Shown piece after piece: positions 19,383-29,364 of a stretch of DNA of 64,000 bases (positions within the stretch are counted from its first letter, which is position 1; each line of letters begins with the position of its first letter). The stretch spans positions 1 to 64,000 of IMG/VR virus record IMGVR_UViG_3300028886_000066. One strand, given 5' to 3'. The stretch comes from a virus. Its lineage: Duplodnaviria > Caudoviricetes. The notes beneath the pieces are model-generated. The model was not told the DNA's origin. It saw only the letters and a program-made list of their open reading frames with translations, and did not search any database. The translations under genes and the position numbers were made by a program.

Positions 19383-19435
19383 ACCTTGTGAATACGCAAG
19401 GCACAGGACAATAATAATTTTAACGTTAAAAGATT

Positions 19436-19882
19436 ATGGACATTATCGTAACGGGTGTTATCACCCAAGCACTCCCCGTTCAGCAGGGAGTGAGCCAGAA
19501 GACTGGCAATCAGTGGGCGCGTGCCTCTTACATTATTGAGCATGAGCACGGACAGTACCCCAAGCGCATGGTATTTGAAGTGAGCAACGGTAGGATTCAG
19601 GAACTGAACATTCAGGTCGGCGAGCAGTTGGCTGTTCATGTCAACGTTGACGTTCGTGAGTACCCGCAGGGTTCTGGCAAGTTCTTCAACAGTATTGAGG
19701 CTTGGAAGGTAGACCGTCAGGTGCAGCAGGCGTATGTTCCCCAGCAGGCACCGATGCCCCAGCAGGGATATGCGCCACAGCCCACGCAGCAGTACGCACC
19801 TCAGCAGGCGGCTCCTGCACCGATGCCGCAGCAGACGGGTGTTCCGCAGGGTGGCACACTGCCTTTCCCACCTGCGCAGTAA
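19436..19882 (+). CDS. DUF3127 OB-fold ssDNA-binding-like protein
   Basis: GVSQKTGNQW, QYPK...FEV, REY...FFNSI.AWK, Q/P-rich tail. Confidence 0.85.
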   Translation: MDIIVTGVITQALPVQQGVSQKTGNQWARASYIIEHEHGQYPKRMVFEVSNGRIQELNIQVGEQLAVHVNVDVREYPQGSGKFFNSIEAWKVDRQVQQAYVPQQAPMPQQGYAPQPTQQYAPQQAAPAPMPQQTGVPQGGTLPFPPAQ

Positions 19883-20067
19883 GTCGTTAGGGGGCTGGTG
19901 GCGAGAGCGGCCAGTCCCTACTTTCATTGTATAACAATTGTCTGTTTTATGATCTTCTGCTCATGCTTTCTGCGAAGACCACATGAGTTGTTTTTTTTGA
20001 TGATGTAACGTCCTTGCTGCCTGTGAAGGTGGCAAGGATTTCTTAGAAACACTAAACAGAAAGAGAT

Positions 20068-20247
20068 ATGGATTTGAAAACAATCAGGGAACTATACCAG
20101 GTGATGAGCAACGCGGAGATAGCGCGGATAGTAGGATGTAACGTGGCAACGGTGAAGTACAGGGCTTACCAGATGGGCCTGCGCAAGAATGCCGACTGCC
20201 TGAGTGAGATAAACCGCAGGAACGGCGGTAAGAAATACGGACGATGA
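20068..20247 (+). CDS. Small HTH protein
   Basis: 59 aa translated by hand: MDLKTIRELYQVMSNAEIARIVGCNVATVKYRAYQMGLRK... Confidence 0.65.
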   Translation: MDLKTIRELYQVMSNAEIARIVGCNVATVKYRAYQMGLRKNADCLSEINRRNGGKKYGR

Positions 20248-20687
20248 GAGTTGTAACAGCAAGATACGCTGCATTCAGGCAGCAAAACATCAAAAGTCTG
20301 CTGTCGTGGCACAGTCGTAACGAATATGCACTGTACGGGTATATAACACCCGCGACGCGGCCGATAAAGAAACCCTTCCGTATCAGCAGGTTTCTCGACA
20401 GCGGAGAATACCACGACTATTACTACGACGAGGACGGCGAGCTTCTGAGGTATGACTCGTCTCTGGAGATAGTGGACTGGCAGCACGTCAGGCATCCGTG
20501 GGAGAGCGATGATGACGAGCCATGGTGGCTGGAGCGCGAGTTCTACACCATCGAGCAGAAGGAGAAGTACCTGCTTGACGGTGTGATGCTTGATGCGCAG
20601 TGTGAAAGCAGAGGCATTATGTACCCTCCATTTGACTGCCTTCCTATCGGGTGGACGCTGAAAGACGGAAAGGTCACGCTATGGTAA
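20244..20687 (+). CDS. Hypothetical protein
   Basis: 147-aa ORF with ATGA overlap. Confidence 0.65.
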   Translation: MRVVTARYAAFRQQNIKSLLSWHSRNEYALYGYITPATRPIKKPFRISRFLDSGEYHDYYYDEDGELLRYDSSLEIVDWQHVRHPWESDDDEPWWLEREFYTIEQKEKYLLDGVMLDAQCESRGIMYPPFDCLPIGWTLKDGKVTLW

Positions 20688-20932
20688 AGTACGGTTTCTG
20701 CCACGGTTGGATGATAGACGCTATGTTCAATGAGGTGACGTGCAGGAGGCGGGAGCGGTGCAAGTACTACCAGGAAGACTTCTATAGACAGTACGGGGAC
20801 AGGCTCGATGAGTTTGAGGAGATGTTTCCTGACGAGCCTTGCAGGTTCTTCGTTGGCAGAGAGGATGAGGCTGCAACACCGTTGCAGCACAGCGAACAGC
20901 TTGCGACCATCTTCGAGGGTTATGAGCGGTGA
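20681..20932 (+). CDS. Cys-containing hypothetical protein
   Basis: ORF; probable start MVKYGFC. Confidence 0.6.
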   Translation: MVKYGFCHGWMIDAMFNEVTCRRRERCKYYQEDFYRQYGDRLDEFEEMFPDEPCRFFVGREDEAATPLQHSEQLATIFEGYER

Positions 20933-21000
20933 CTGCAATGTGTTTGGAGATTTTTCTTCAAGTATTTGTTGAAGTCGTTGCTGGGGGTTTGGAATAGAGG

Positions 21001-21008
21001 TAAATTTG
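21001..21008 (+). promoter_or_regulatory. -7 element (TAAATTTG)
   Basis: TAnnTTTG upstream of the replication genes. Confidence 0.6.
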
Positions 21009-21109
21009 CAAATGAGGATAACGAAGATTGATCACTTCGCGACGTGCGGCAAGCCTATCGCCGCCTCCTCTTTGCAAAATGATAGGCATAATTTAATTGA
21101 TAGGCAAAA

Positions 21110-21742
21110 ATGAGTACAGGACAAAATGGGAAAATTTGGACTTATGTGGCTACAGATTTAAGCCATACTTACAAAATTGGGCAGTCATCAAATGTGTATT
21201 CAAGAATAAAAGAATTGGCTGTTGGTAATCCGAACATAAAACTCTTATTTATTATAAGGGCAAATGTCGAGTCTCAATTACATGAAATCTTTAGAGATAA
21301 AAATTATTTTGGAGAGTGGTTCTCTTTGAGTAACGATGATATTAAACGTATCAAGTTACAATTTGCTAAATATATAGTGACACCAGAAGAGGATGAAATA
21401 GGGAAAAAGCATAAACTGCGAATGTATGATTGGTATTTCCATGAGGTGACGGCTCCTTTTTCCGTAAAAAGAAAGATAGACAAGAATACCATTGACTATT
21501 ATTTTTCTTATGTAGTTCAACATCGTTCAAGTAATTGTTTTATTTTTGTTATTACGAAAAATATTTCAAACGTATTAGATGCTAAAGGAAATATCAGAGG
21601 CGGTGTACTTCTTGGATATGCAAGAGGCATTTGGTTTAATAATATTTCTCTTTATACTCAACATTGGGGCAGTTACACGCAATATAAAGAGTTCGTAAGA
21701 AATTCAAAATCTTTATATAGAAAAATACGTGACGAGAAATGA
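21110..21742 (+). CDS. T5orf172/GIY-YIG-like domain protein (AT-rich)
   Basis: TY...YKIG.S.N...RIKEL..GNP, E..LH..F....GEWF.L. Confidence 0.8.
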   Translation: MSTGQNGKIWTYVATDLSHTYKIGQSSNVYSRIKELAVGNPNIKLLFIIRANVESQLHEIFRDKNYFGEWFSLSNDDIKRIKLQFAKYIVTPEEDEIGKKHKLRMYDWYFHEVTAPFSVKRKIDKNTIDYYFSYVVQHRSSNCFIFVITKNISNVLDAKGNIRGGVLLGYARGIWFNNISLYTQHWGSYTQYKEFVRNSKSLYRKIRDEK

Positions 21743-22452
21743 TACATATAGGAAGGATATTTATAAAGGTGTTTTCACCTAATGAACAGTTGGTAATGCT
21801 CCAGTTGTTGCTTAATGCAAACGAAAATGGCGTAGTTGAGTTCAGTGACAGGAATATGTCAAGGATGACTGAAATACCGTATCAGCAGGTTAGGACGATA
21901 CATAAAAAATGGTTATCAGACGGAACGTTGTCTAACGCACCGACTAACGCAGGCGCTAACGCAAGTCAGTGTTTTGTAACAATCTGTGACTTTGATAGTT
22001 ATAATGCAATTAACATTTTTTCAAACGCAGTCACTAACGCAGTCGCTAACGCACTTAAAGAAGTAGAAATAATAAAAGAGAAAGAGAACGTTTTCCCTCA
22101 AACTCCCTTACAAAGAGAAATAGAAAACAATAAAGACGAAGATGAAATAAAAGAAGAAGGAACTAAAGTTCCAAAGAAGAAAGTTTTCTCCCCTCCTACG
22201 TATGACGAGGTGGATGCCTATATCAGAGAGAAGGGTTTTCATTTCGATGCCAAAGACTTCATTGATTATTATGAGGCAGATGACTGGCATTACGGCACTG
22301 GCACAAAGAGAAAGAAAGTGGAAAGCTGGAAACGCTGCTGCCTTACTTGGGAGAAACAGAGGCGTCCAGAAGAGACAGATATGTTCAGCCAGCAGGAGGA
22401 GGAAGAGCACAGACCTAAAGTGTTAGTGATAAATGGTGTAACCTACCGATGA
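21739..22452 (+). CDS. Replication initiator (lambda O-like position)
   Basis: N-terminal HTH, internal iterons, F.PPT..EV..Y...F.DYY....W C-terminal domain. Confidence 0.75.
   Translation: MIHIGRIFIKVFSPNEQLVMLQLLLNANENGVVEFSDRNMSRMTEIPYQQVRTIHKKWLSDGTLSNAPTNAGANASQCFVTICDFDSYNAINIFSNAVTNAVANALKEVEIIKEKENVFPQTPLQREIENNKDEDEIKEEGTKVPKKKVFSPPTYDEVDAYIREKGFHFDAKDFIDYYEADDWHYGTGTKRKKVESWKRCCLTWEKQRRPEETDMFSQQEEEEHRPKVLVINGVTYR
21932..22053 (+). repeat. Iterons (CTAACGCA, 12-bp period); probable replication origin
   Basis: Copies at 21932, 21944, 21956, ~22022, 22034, 22046, followed by an A-rich tract. Confidence 0.7.
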
Positions 22453-24503
22453 ATGAATCAACATTGCGTCAGTGGTATGACGTATTCAAGGGTAACTGCG
22501 AACTGGTAGAGATTCGCATTATCGACCCGGTGTATAAAAAGACGTACTCTGGGTATTTCACGGACATAGAGACTATTCTTCGCGAGATAGCCCGCTATGA
22601 CTATTGCGGACTGTACTTCACGCTGAATGTCATCAATGATGCCTGCTATTCGCGTGAGCAGCATGACCGTATATCGCAGAAGCCGAAGTCAACCACCTCT
22701 GACAATGACATCATAGCAAGAGAATGGTGCCTTATAGACATTGACTGCGAAAAGCCTTCAGACACGAACTCGTCAGATGAAGAGAAGCATCTTGCTCAGG
22801 ACGTTGTCAATAAGGTCTATACCTTTCTGAGGGACGAAGGCTTTGAAGAACCAGTTATCTGCGATTCTGCCAATGGCTACCACCTGCTATACAAACAGTC
22901 GATGGTTGCCAGTGCGGAGAACACCGAGGTCATGAAGAAGTTCCTTCAAGTCCTTGATATGTATTTCTCGACTGAGAAGGTTAAGATAGACTGCGCGACA
23001 TTCAATAATAGTAGGGTATGCAAGATCTATGGTACATATTCACGGAAAGGCTCAGATACACCTGACAGGCCGCAGAGAGAGAGTAAGATACTCCGTGTTC
23101 CTCAGAATGTCAAGGTTACTGCGAATGAATACTTTGTCAAGGTGGCGGGGTATTATCCTGTTCAGGAGAAGAAGGACAGGACGAATTTCTATTCCACTGA
23201 GCGTTTTGACCTGGAAGAGTTCTTTGCGAAACATGGCATAGAGATACGCAACCGCGTTGAGACAGCCGAATACACGAAGTACGTCTTAGAGCACTGCCCG
23301 TTCAACCATTCTCATTCTGCGCCAGACAGTGCGGTGTTTAAGATGCGCGATGGCAGTTATGGCTTCAAGTGTCTTCATAACACAGACAAGCATCTGACGT
23401 TTCGAGACTTCCGTAAGTTCTACGAGCCTGACGCATACGAACGTGTCTATCAAGAGCCACACAGGACATTTGCTCCGTCACGCCAGCGTTTCCAGCACGA
23501 AGTGACCGTTCAGGACTCTGACGCTGACAAGGGCGGTGTGTGGCAGACGATGGCTGAGATAGAGAATGAGGACAGGAGCAAGATTGTATCTATTCCAAGC
23601 GGGATTACACAATACGACAAAGAGTGTTGCGGATTTGACAAGCCTTCGTTGAGTGTGTGGTCTGGGAACAACGGTTCTGCTAAATCGACCCTTCTGAACC
23701 AGATAGCCTTGAATGCTATTAACCGAGGTTTTCGGGTGGCTATCTATACTGGAGAGCTTCGCGGTCAGCGAATGAAGCGATGGATCATCCTGCAGGCAGC
23801 TGGGAAACGTTTCAACGTGAAGTCCAACTATAACGACTACGACTATTATACGCCGAACCAAATTCGCGACAAGGTCGTTTCGTGGATGGGCGACAAGCTG
23901 TTTAACTATAACACCAAGTACAGCCATGACATAGAAGTCATCTGCAAAGAGGTTGAAAAGATTGTGGTAGAGAAACACATTGACATGGTTATCATGGACA
24001 ACCTCAGTTCGCTTGACATTGATGAACTTGACAATACTCTGAACGAGCAGCAGAAGGCTGCAATCAAGATGATACTAAGGCTGACCGAGCGTCTTTGCAT
24101 CGCCACCCATCTTGTAGTGCATCCGAAGAAGAATGAAAACTTTCTTAGGAAGAACGATGTCAGCGGCACAAAATCCATAACTGACCTTGCCGACAATGTG
24201 TTTATCGTACACAGGTGGAATCAGGACACCCAGAAAGCGGCTAAGGACTTTTTGGTGTCAAAGGTCTACTACGACTTAATCAATTCTGGAACTACGAATA
24301 TTGTTGAGGTCATCAAGCACCGAGAGTTTGGTGAGGCTGAGGGGCATATCTATAAGCTGTACTATGAACCTGAAAGCAGGCGACTGAAGAATAGTGTCGC
24401 TGAGTCGATTATCTACGGATGGGAGCCTGAGCCTACTCAGCAGGAAATGTTTGGTTCGGCTGAAATGCCGTTTGAGAGTACAAATGAAGAAGCGCCATTT
24501 TAA
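22449..24503 (+). CDS. Primase-helicase fusion (AEP-like N-terminus, DnaB-type C-terminus)
   Basis: IDID, DSANGYHL, CPF..H..C.H zinc motif, G.NGSAKST Walker A, MDNL, VVHPKK. Confidence 0.85.
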   Translation: MNESTLRQWYDVFKGNCELVEIRIIDPVYKKTYSGYFTDIETILREIARYDYCGLYFTLNVINDACYSREQHDRISQKPKSTTSDNDIIAREWCLIDIDCEKPSDTNSSDEEKHLAQDVVNKVYTFLRDEGFEEPVICDSANGYHLLYKQSMVASAENTEVMKKFLQVLDMYFSTEKVKIDCATFNNSRVCKIYGTYSRKGSDTPDRPQRESKILRVPQNVKVTANEYFVKVAGYYPVQEKKDRTNFYSTERFDLEEFFAKHGIEIRNRVETAEYTKYVLEHCPFNHSHSAPDSAVFKMRDGSYGFKCLHNTDKHLTFRDFRKFYEPDAYERVYQEPHRTFAPSRQRFQHEVTVQDSDADKGGVWQTMAEIENEDRSKIVSIPSGITQYDKECCGFDKPSLSVWSGNNGSAKSTLLNQIALNAINRGFRVAIYTGELRGQRMKRWIILQAAGKRFNVKSNYNDYDYYTPNQIRDKVVSWMGDKLFNYNTKYSHDIEVICKEVEKIVVEKHIDMVIMDNLSSLDIDELDNTLNEQQKAAIKMILRLTERLCIATHLVVHPKKNENFLRKNDVSGTKSITDLADNVFIVHRWNQDTQKAAKDFLVSKVYYDLINSGTTNIVEVIKHREFGEAEGHIYKLYYEPESRRLKNSVAESIIYGWEPEPTQQEMFGSAEMPFESTNEEAPF

Positions 24504-24514
24504 CTAACAAATAT

Positions 24515-24985
24515 ATGATTACGAACTGCTATATCAAGGGGAGATTTGACTACGGCGTAGGGAAATGCGCGGTGGTTATAGTTGACGATGCGAAGCCGAA
24601 GGAGGAGCAGACGATTGCTCATCAGGCGGCATGGAAGGTTCCTGAGCGGTGGGAGTACGAGGGTACGGTCATTATGGCCGACCAGTATAACTGCGAGATA
24701 CTTGCAGCGGTGTATGCGCTGCAGTGGTGTCTGGCTAACGGCAAGGGACTTGTGAACCTGTATGCTAACACCACGACGTGCCAGAAGTGGTATATGAGAG
24801 GTGAGTTTCCTGACGAGCGGGCTATGGGCGATGCTTGGCGGGATGTGTACGGCAAATATGCCGAGCACCTGACCGAGGAGGCGGGTGAGACGGTGAGGGA
24901 CTGGTTTTTCGCTGAGTATATGGCGAAGAAAGAGGACAATGAGTTTAACAGGCTGGTGAACGAGCTGGCCGAGAAAGTGAAATAA
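24515..24985 (+). CDS. RNase H-like protein
   Basis: G.G..AVVI, N.EI.A...AL, N..V.ELA pattern. Confidence 0.55.
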   Translation: MITNCYIKGRFDYGVGKCAVVIVDDAKPKEEQTIAHQAAWKVPERWEYEGTVIMADQYNCEILAAVYALQWCLANGKGLVNLYANTTTCQKWYMRGEFPDERAMGDAWRDVYGKYAEHLTEEAGETVRDWFFAEYMAKKEDNEFNRLVNELAEKVK

Positions 24986-25002
24986 CAAAAACGTAAAGGA
25001 AA

Positions 25003-25359
25003 ATGACATTAAATGAGTATCAAGAGCGGGCGATGACAACCTGCACTGACAGTAGCCGCAACTTTGCTTACATGTTTATGAACCTTGTCGGTGAAGTTGG
25101 CGAGTTTGCGAGTAAATGTGCTAAGTTTATCAGGAAGGGAAAGGCAAGGTTTCGTGAAAACAACCAATTCTGCCCGATAAGCGTGGATACACAGGAACGC
25201 GAAGACTTGCGCAAAGAAATCGGTGATTGTTTATGGCAGATAAGCGGGCTTTGCTCGGTGATGGGTTGGACGCTGGAAGAAGTGGCTCAGGAGAACCTTG
25301 ACAAACTTGCAGACCGTCAAAAACGTGACGTTATAGTCGGGGAGGGGGACAATCGATGA
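25003..25359 (+). CDS. MazG-like nucleotide pyrophosphohydrolase
   Basis: LNEYQ, L.GEVGE, KEIGD.LW, N..KL..R. Confidence 0.88.
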   Translation: MTLNEYQERAMTTCTDSSRNFAYMFMNLVGEVGEFASKCAKFIRKGKARFRENNQFCPISVDTQEREDLRKEIGDCLWQISGLCSVMGWTLEEVAQENLDKLADRQKRDVIVGEGDNR

Positions 25360-25679
25360 GCAGGAAGGTGTATTTGAGTTTCCCGATAGGGAGCCGCGAC
25401 TTGGAAGAGCGCAGGGCGTTTGCGCGTTCGAGAGAGAAGTATTTCACTGAGACGCAGGGGTGTGAGGTGGTGAACCCGCTGAAGAACGGACTGCCCGAAG
25501 ATGCCGACTGGCATGAGCACATGCGGCAGGACTTCCGTCTGATGATGGACTGCGACGCGGTGTTCATGTGCAGGGGGTGGCAGACGAGCTGCGGTTGTCA
25601 GCTGGAGCATAACGTTGCCATTGCTGCGGGTCTGGAGATAATCTACGAGACGGTGGCATGGTCGCCGGAGAAAACATAG
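25356..25679 (+). CDS. DUF4406 (nucleoside deoxyribosyltransferase-like)
   Basis: VYLS.PI, VNP, W..HM..D......CDAV....GW..S.GC.LE. Confidence 0.85.
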   Translation: MSRKVYLSFPIGSRDLEERRAFARSREKYFTETQGCEVVNPLKNGLPEDADWHEHMRQDFRLMMDCDAVFMCRGWQTSCGCQLEHNVAIAAGLEIIYETVAWSPEKT

Positions 25680-25702
25680 TACGAACTAAAAACGAAGAAG
25701 TT

Positions 25703-26083
25703 ATGAAAAGTTTGCTTTTTGAGAGTTGGCACCAGTGGCAGGTATGCTTCGTGTCAGGGTGTAAGAAGGCGGGCTGGGGACTGCTGCGGATAGTGACCTG
25801 CATCATCTTCGGGCTTGTGAGCGTCATACGTTGGTTGTGGCGGCGTTTAATCAAAGGCGTGGGCAGTTATCCCGCTTTGGCGGTAATCGTGGCTTGTGGG
25901 GCATTTCTCGCGGTATGGCTGCTTACCTACGCCAACGGTAAGGCCAAGCTCGTCACGGCAGAGCATACGCGGGACAGTCTGGTCTATGAACTGAAGCAGA
26001 TAACGACGCTGCTTGACAAGGGCGAGAAGGTTGTTGTAGGCAGCGACACTATCAGGGTGTTTGGTAGTTATGAGGGATGGTGA
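25703..26083 (+). CDS. Membrane protein
   Basis: Two hydrophobic segments. Confidence 0.6.
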   Translation: MKSLLFESWHQWQVCFVSGCKKAGWGLLRIVTCIIFGLVSVIRWLWRRLIKGVGSYPALAVIVACGAFLAVWLLTYANGKAKLVTAEHTRDSLVYELKQITTLLDKGEKVVVGSDTIRVFGSYEGW

Positions 26084-26249
26084 GTACTACTATGCGCCTC
26101 ACAGGAGGATGTGGGGCGTGTGGAAGCGGGTTATTCCCGACGGAGATGCGTCGGGCACTATGACAGGGACGTTCGTGCAGGACTTCGAGACAAAGGAGGA
26201 GGCGCGGAGGTTTGTTTATGAGAAGAACGGTTGGAAATTATTAACTTAA
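26070..26249 (+). CDS. Hypothetical protein
   Basis: YYYAPHRRMWGVW...EEARRFVY..NGW. Confidence 0.65.
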   Translation: MRDGEYYYAPHRRMWGVWKRVIPDGDASGTMTGTFVQDFETKEEARRFVYEKNGWKLLT

Positions 26250-26262
26250 AACAAAGAGAAAA

Positions 26263-26700
26263 ATGAAAACAATCAGTGGAAAGATTTTTATTGTGAAGGT
26301 AGCCGTCGAGCGTCAGCAGGAAGACGGTCTTGTAAAGAAGGTCAAGGAAGAGTACTCCGTGAAGGCCGTGAGCTTTACCGACTGCGAGGCCAAGATTACG
26401 CAGGAGGCAGGGAGCGCGGACAACGTGAAGAGCACGTTCGAGGTTCTTTCGGAGGCCATTGCTCCGTACAGAGAGGTGTTCCTGCACGACGAGGGCGAGA
26501 AGTACTACAAGGTGAAGGTGGTTGAGTCAACCATCGACGAGGTTACTGGCAAGGAGAAGAAGACTGCTACCTACTACCTCGTGAACGCAGACACGCTGGA
26601 GCAGGCTCGCAAGCGCATTGAGCAGGCTCTGGGCGATACACTCACGGACTATGCCATTGCAGCGGTTATCGAGCAGAACACGGTAGGCGTCATAGAATAG
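26263..26700 (+). CDS. DUF4494 family protein
   Basis: G..KKV.E.Y.V.A.SFT..E, YKVKV...IDE..GKEKK. Confidence 0.85.
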   Translation: MKTISGKIFIVKVAVERQQEDGLVKKVKEEYSVKAVSFTDCEAKITQEAGSADNVKSTFEVLSEAIAPYREVFLHDEGEKYYKVKVVESTIDEVTGKEKKTATYYLVNADTLEQARKRIEQALGDTLTDYAIAAVIEQNTVGVIE

Positions 26701-26714
26701 TCGGGCAGGTCAGT

Positions 26715-27113
26715 ATGAGCGACAAGATAGGCAAGAACTACTATCTTGCAGCGGTAAAGGACGGCAGGGTAGTGGCGAGCTACTACGCATGGAACTTGGC
26801 GGCAGTAGCCTCTGTGATGCTTCGTCACCCAGGCTGCGAGGTTGAGGTCTATGACGTCAGGCAGTACGGCTTTGCCTTTGGCAAGGCTCCCGTCATCAAG
26901 GTAGACGGCGTTCCCGTGATACGCGGCGTGAGGTGTCGTGATACGGGTATGGTGTGGCAGAGCGTGAAGCAGTGCTGCGTGGACGTCGGACTGCCTTTGA
27001 AGACTCTCTATACTGCACTGCGTCGCGGCAACAGGGTCTATGGTCACTACTACGACTACTACGATCCTGCTGCCGATACGAATGGAAATGACAATGAAGA
27101 ACAGAATGGATAA
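26715..27113 (+). CDS. Hypothetical protein with NUMOD1-like HTH
   Basis: VRC.DTG.V..SV...C. Confidence 0.6.
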   Translation: MSDKIGKNYYLAAVKDGRVVASYYAWNLAAVASVMLRHPGCEVEVYDVRQYGFAFGKAPVIKVDGVPVIRGVRCRDTGMVWQSVKQCCVDVGLPLKTLYTALRRGNRVYGHYYDYYDPAADTNGNDNEEQNG

Positions 27114-27176
27114 TGAGAATGAGAGGTACGTTCCCGACTGGTTGCCAGCGGGGGCGTCGCAGAAAGGAGGCAGAGG

Positions 27177-28196
27177 ATGAGTAGAGTTGTCGTACTGCCG
27201 AAGAAGCGCGTGAGCTACACGATAGACACGACTCTGGTGAAGGACATGAAGATAGGCGACATTTTTGCGCTTGCGGGCAGGATAGAGCGCGGTGGTGGTG
27301 CTGAGAAAGTCGGCGTAGACCGTGACCTCGGACTTGCTGTCCAATACGTGAGGAACTTCCTGCTGACTTATAAGTTCAACACCCAAGGAATGTCGCTGAC
27401 GATTGAGAAGTTCAACAGGCTTCACAATATCATTGACGAGGACTACATCCAGCAGCATCGGTTGAACTACGTTTCGTACTACATCGTGCAGGACATCGCC
27501 GACTGGCTCGACGAGAAGAAGCGCATGAACCGCACGTCACAGAACTACTGGAGAAAGGCTGAACGCTGTTTCAAGGACTACCAGACGGCGCACAGGTCGA
27601 AGCTCGACAAGGGCGCGTGGAATGCCGTTCAAGACCATACGCGCATAACGTTTGACGAGGTGCATCCGTTGCTTGAGCCATTGGAGAACGCCATCCGCGA
27701 CTACCTCATACAGCACCGTCAGGGTATCATAGACGCAGGTCAGAAGGATGACATCATCCTGCTTGCGAAGACGTATATGGCACTGATGTTCTGTGCGGCG
27801 GTGAGGAACACGCAGATAAACTTCTTCAACGGCATCTGGGACCGTTACGGTGTGGACTTCAGGCGAGACTACACCTACGCGGACATCGGCGGCGTAGGCA
27901 GGAACTTCGTCTGGATGATAGGCACGTTGGGCGTGAAGTTCACGAAGGACAATGAGGGTGACTACGTGCCCGCCGGTGTTGACATGACGAAGTCGGTGCG
28001 CGTAAACTCTACGTGGAACAGCATTGTGAGCCTGCTGACGGACAGGGAGATAATGGACGAGAACGCCATTGCCGCCATCAACCTGAACCCAGACGTGAAG
28101 GCTGAATACGAAGCCCGCATAGCGAAGGTGGAGCAGGCTGAGATGGATGCGGCACTGGCGCGGCTGAAAGAGACTGCAAACGTGAGCAGCCTATGA
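27177..28196 (+). CDS. Hypothetical protein
   Basis: 339-aa ORF. Confidence 0.75.
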   Translation: MSRVVVLPKKRVSYTIDTTLVKDMKIGDIFALAGRIERGGGAEKVGVDRDLGLAVQYVRNFLLTYKFNTQGMSLTIEKFNRLHNIIDEDYIQQHRLNYVSYYIVQDIADWLDEKKRMNRTSQNYWRKAERCFKDYQTAHRSKLDKGAWNAVQDHTRITFDEVHPLLEPLENAIRDYLIQHRQGIIDAGQKDDIILLAKTYMALMFCAAVRNTQINFFNGIWDRYGVDFRRDYTYADIGGVGRNFVWMIGTLGVKFTKDNEGDYVPAGVDMTKSVRVNSTWNSIVSLLTDREIMDENAIAAINLNPDVKAEYEARIAKVEQAEMDAALARLKETANVSSL

Positions 28197-29059
28197 GACG
28201 CAAGAGGACACCTGTGTTCAAGAAGAATGCCAGTGCCGCCATTGTCGAGTTTATGCGGTGGCACAGCGAGTTTTTGAGGGAGCTTGTGGCGAAGTACAAG
28301 GAGCGGGCGTTGTTTCCCGTCTTTCCGACTCAGATTATAGAGCACTACACTGAGCCAGAAGATAAGGACATCGCCATCTTTGCTGCACTGTGCATGAACT
28401 GGGACAACGGCAAGGAGCTGCGCCAGATAGCGGCGATGCGCAAGCTGATGGGCGAGCACCCCTGGGAATGGTTCTGCAAGCGCGAGTTTGTGGTAATCAG
28501 CGTTGGAGAACGTCAGGAAGAGGCTATTGACGGTTACAGGCACGGGCGGTACTGGAAGGTGGCCAAGGTGTTTGACCTTCTCTACGACGAATGCCGACGT
28601 GAGGGCGGTGTGCTCCGTCCTTCGGTGGTGTTCGGAAGGAAGAGTATCAAGTCTTTCTGTGCCAAGGCCGATGATGTGTGCGGTATCAAGGATGCAGACT
28701 TCAAGGCTGGCGTCATGGAACTGGTGATGCGAACTCAGGACGGTATAGGCAGGGGACTGTGGCGAGACAATGGTGCTACGTGTCCCCTGCATGCCGACGC
28801 CGAGAGTCTGCTGAGGGAGTGGTTCCCGTCGTATTTATCGACCGTGTGGACTTGGGAGGAGGCTACGCAGCTGTTCGGTCTGGAGAACCGTTACGACTTC
28901 TTCTACGCATGGCTGGCCTACAGGGAGCTTCAGCAGACAAATCCGCAGGAGTGCAGCCGTTACGGGACTATCTATCATTTGAGATGGAAGAGAGGCGAGT
29001 ACTATCCGAGATACAGGTGGATAGGCGTTCAAGGCATTGTGCCGAGTATTAACTTTTAA
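28193..29059 (+). CDS. DUF2400/TIGR02757-like protein
   Basis: P.QI...Y....D..IA.F.A....W.N and L..R..DGI..GLW resemblance. Confidence 0.5.
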   Translation: MRRKRTPVFKKNASAAIVEFMRWHSEFLRELVAKYKERALFPVFPTQIIEHYTEPEDKDIAIFAALCMNWDNGKELRQIAAMRKLMGEHPWEWFCKREFVVISVGERQEEAIDGYRHGRYWKVAKVFDLLYDECRREGGVLRPSVVFGRKSIKSFCAKADDVCGIKDADFKAGVMELVMRTQDGIGRGLWRDNGATCPLHADAESLLREWFPSYLSTVWTWEEATQLFGLENRYDFFYAWLAYRELQQTNPQECSRYGTIYHLRWKRGEYYPRYRWIGVQGIVPSINF

Positions 29060-29069
29060 ATTAGGGGAA

Positions 29070-29333
29070 ATGGAAAAAGACGAAGAGATTTTCAGGGATG
29101 ATTTAATCGAGAAGAAATGCCTTGAGGTGGCGAAGTCCATTGACGGCTTGAAGTTGCCAGAGGTGCTTGTCATTCTGAGCACAGTGGTTGTCGAGTTGGT
29201 GGAATGTGCGCGTCAGGATGGTACTGACGTGAGGTCTGTTGTGTCTGGTTGGCTGAAGGAGTTGGCCAAGGGTGTGATGAATCGTGACTATAGCGAGTCG
29301 GATGCCGTTGGTGGCGGTGAGTTTTTGAACTGA
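29070..29333 (+). CDS. Hypothetical protein
   Basis: ORF starting MEKDEEI. Confidence 0.6.
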   Translation: MEKDEEIFRDDLIEKKCLEVAKSIDGLKLPEVLVILSTVVVELVECARQDGTDVRSVVSGWLKELAKGVMNRDYSESDAVGGGEFLN

Positions 29334-29364
29334 ATTACTGTTTTGGCTTTATGACCCACGACGA

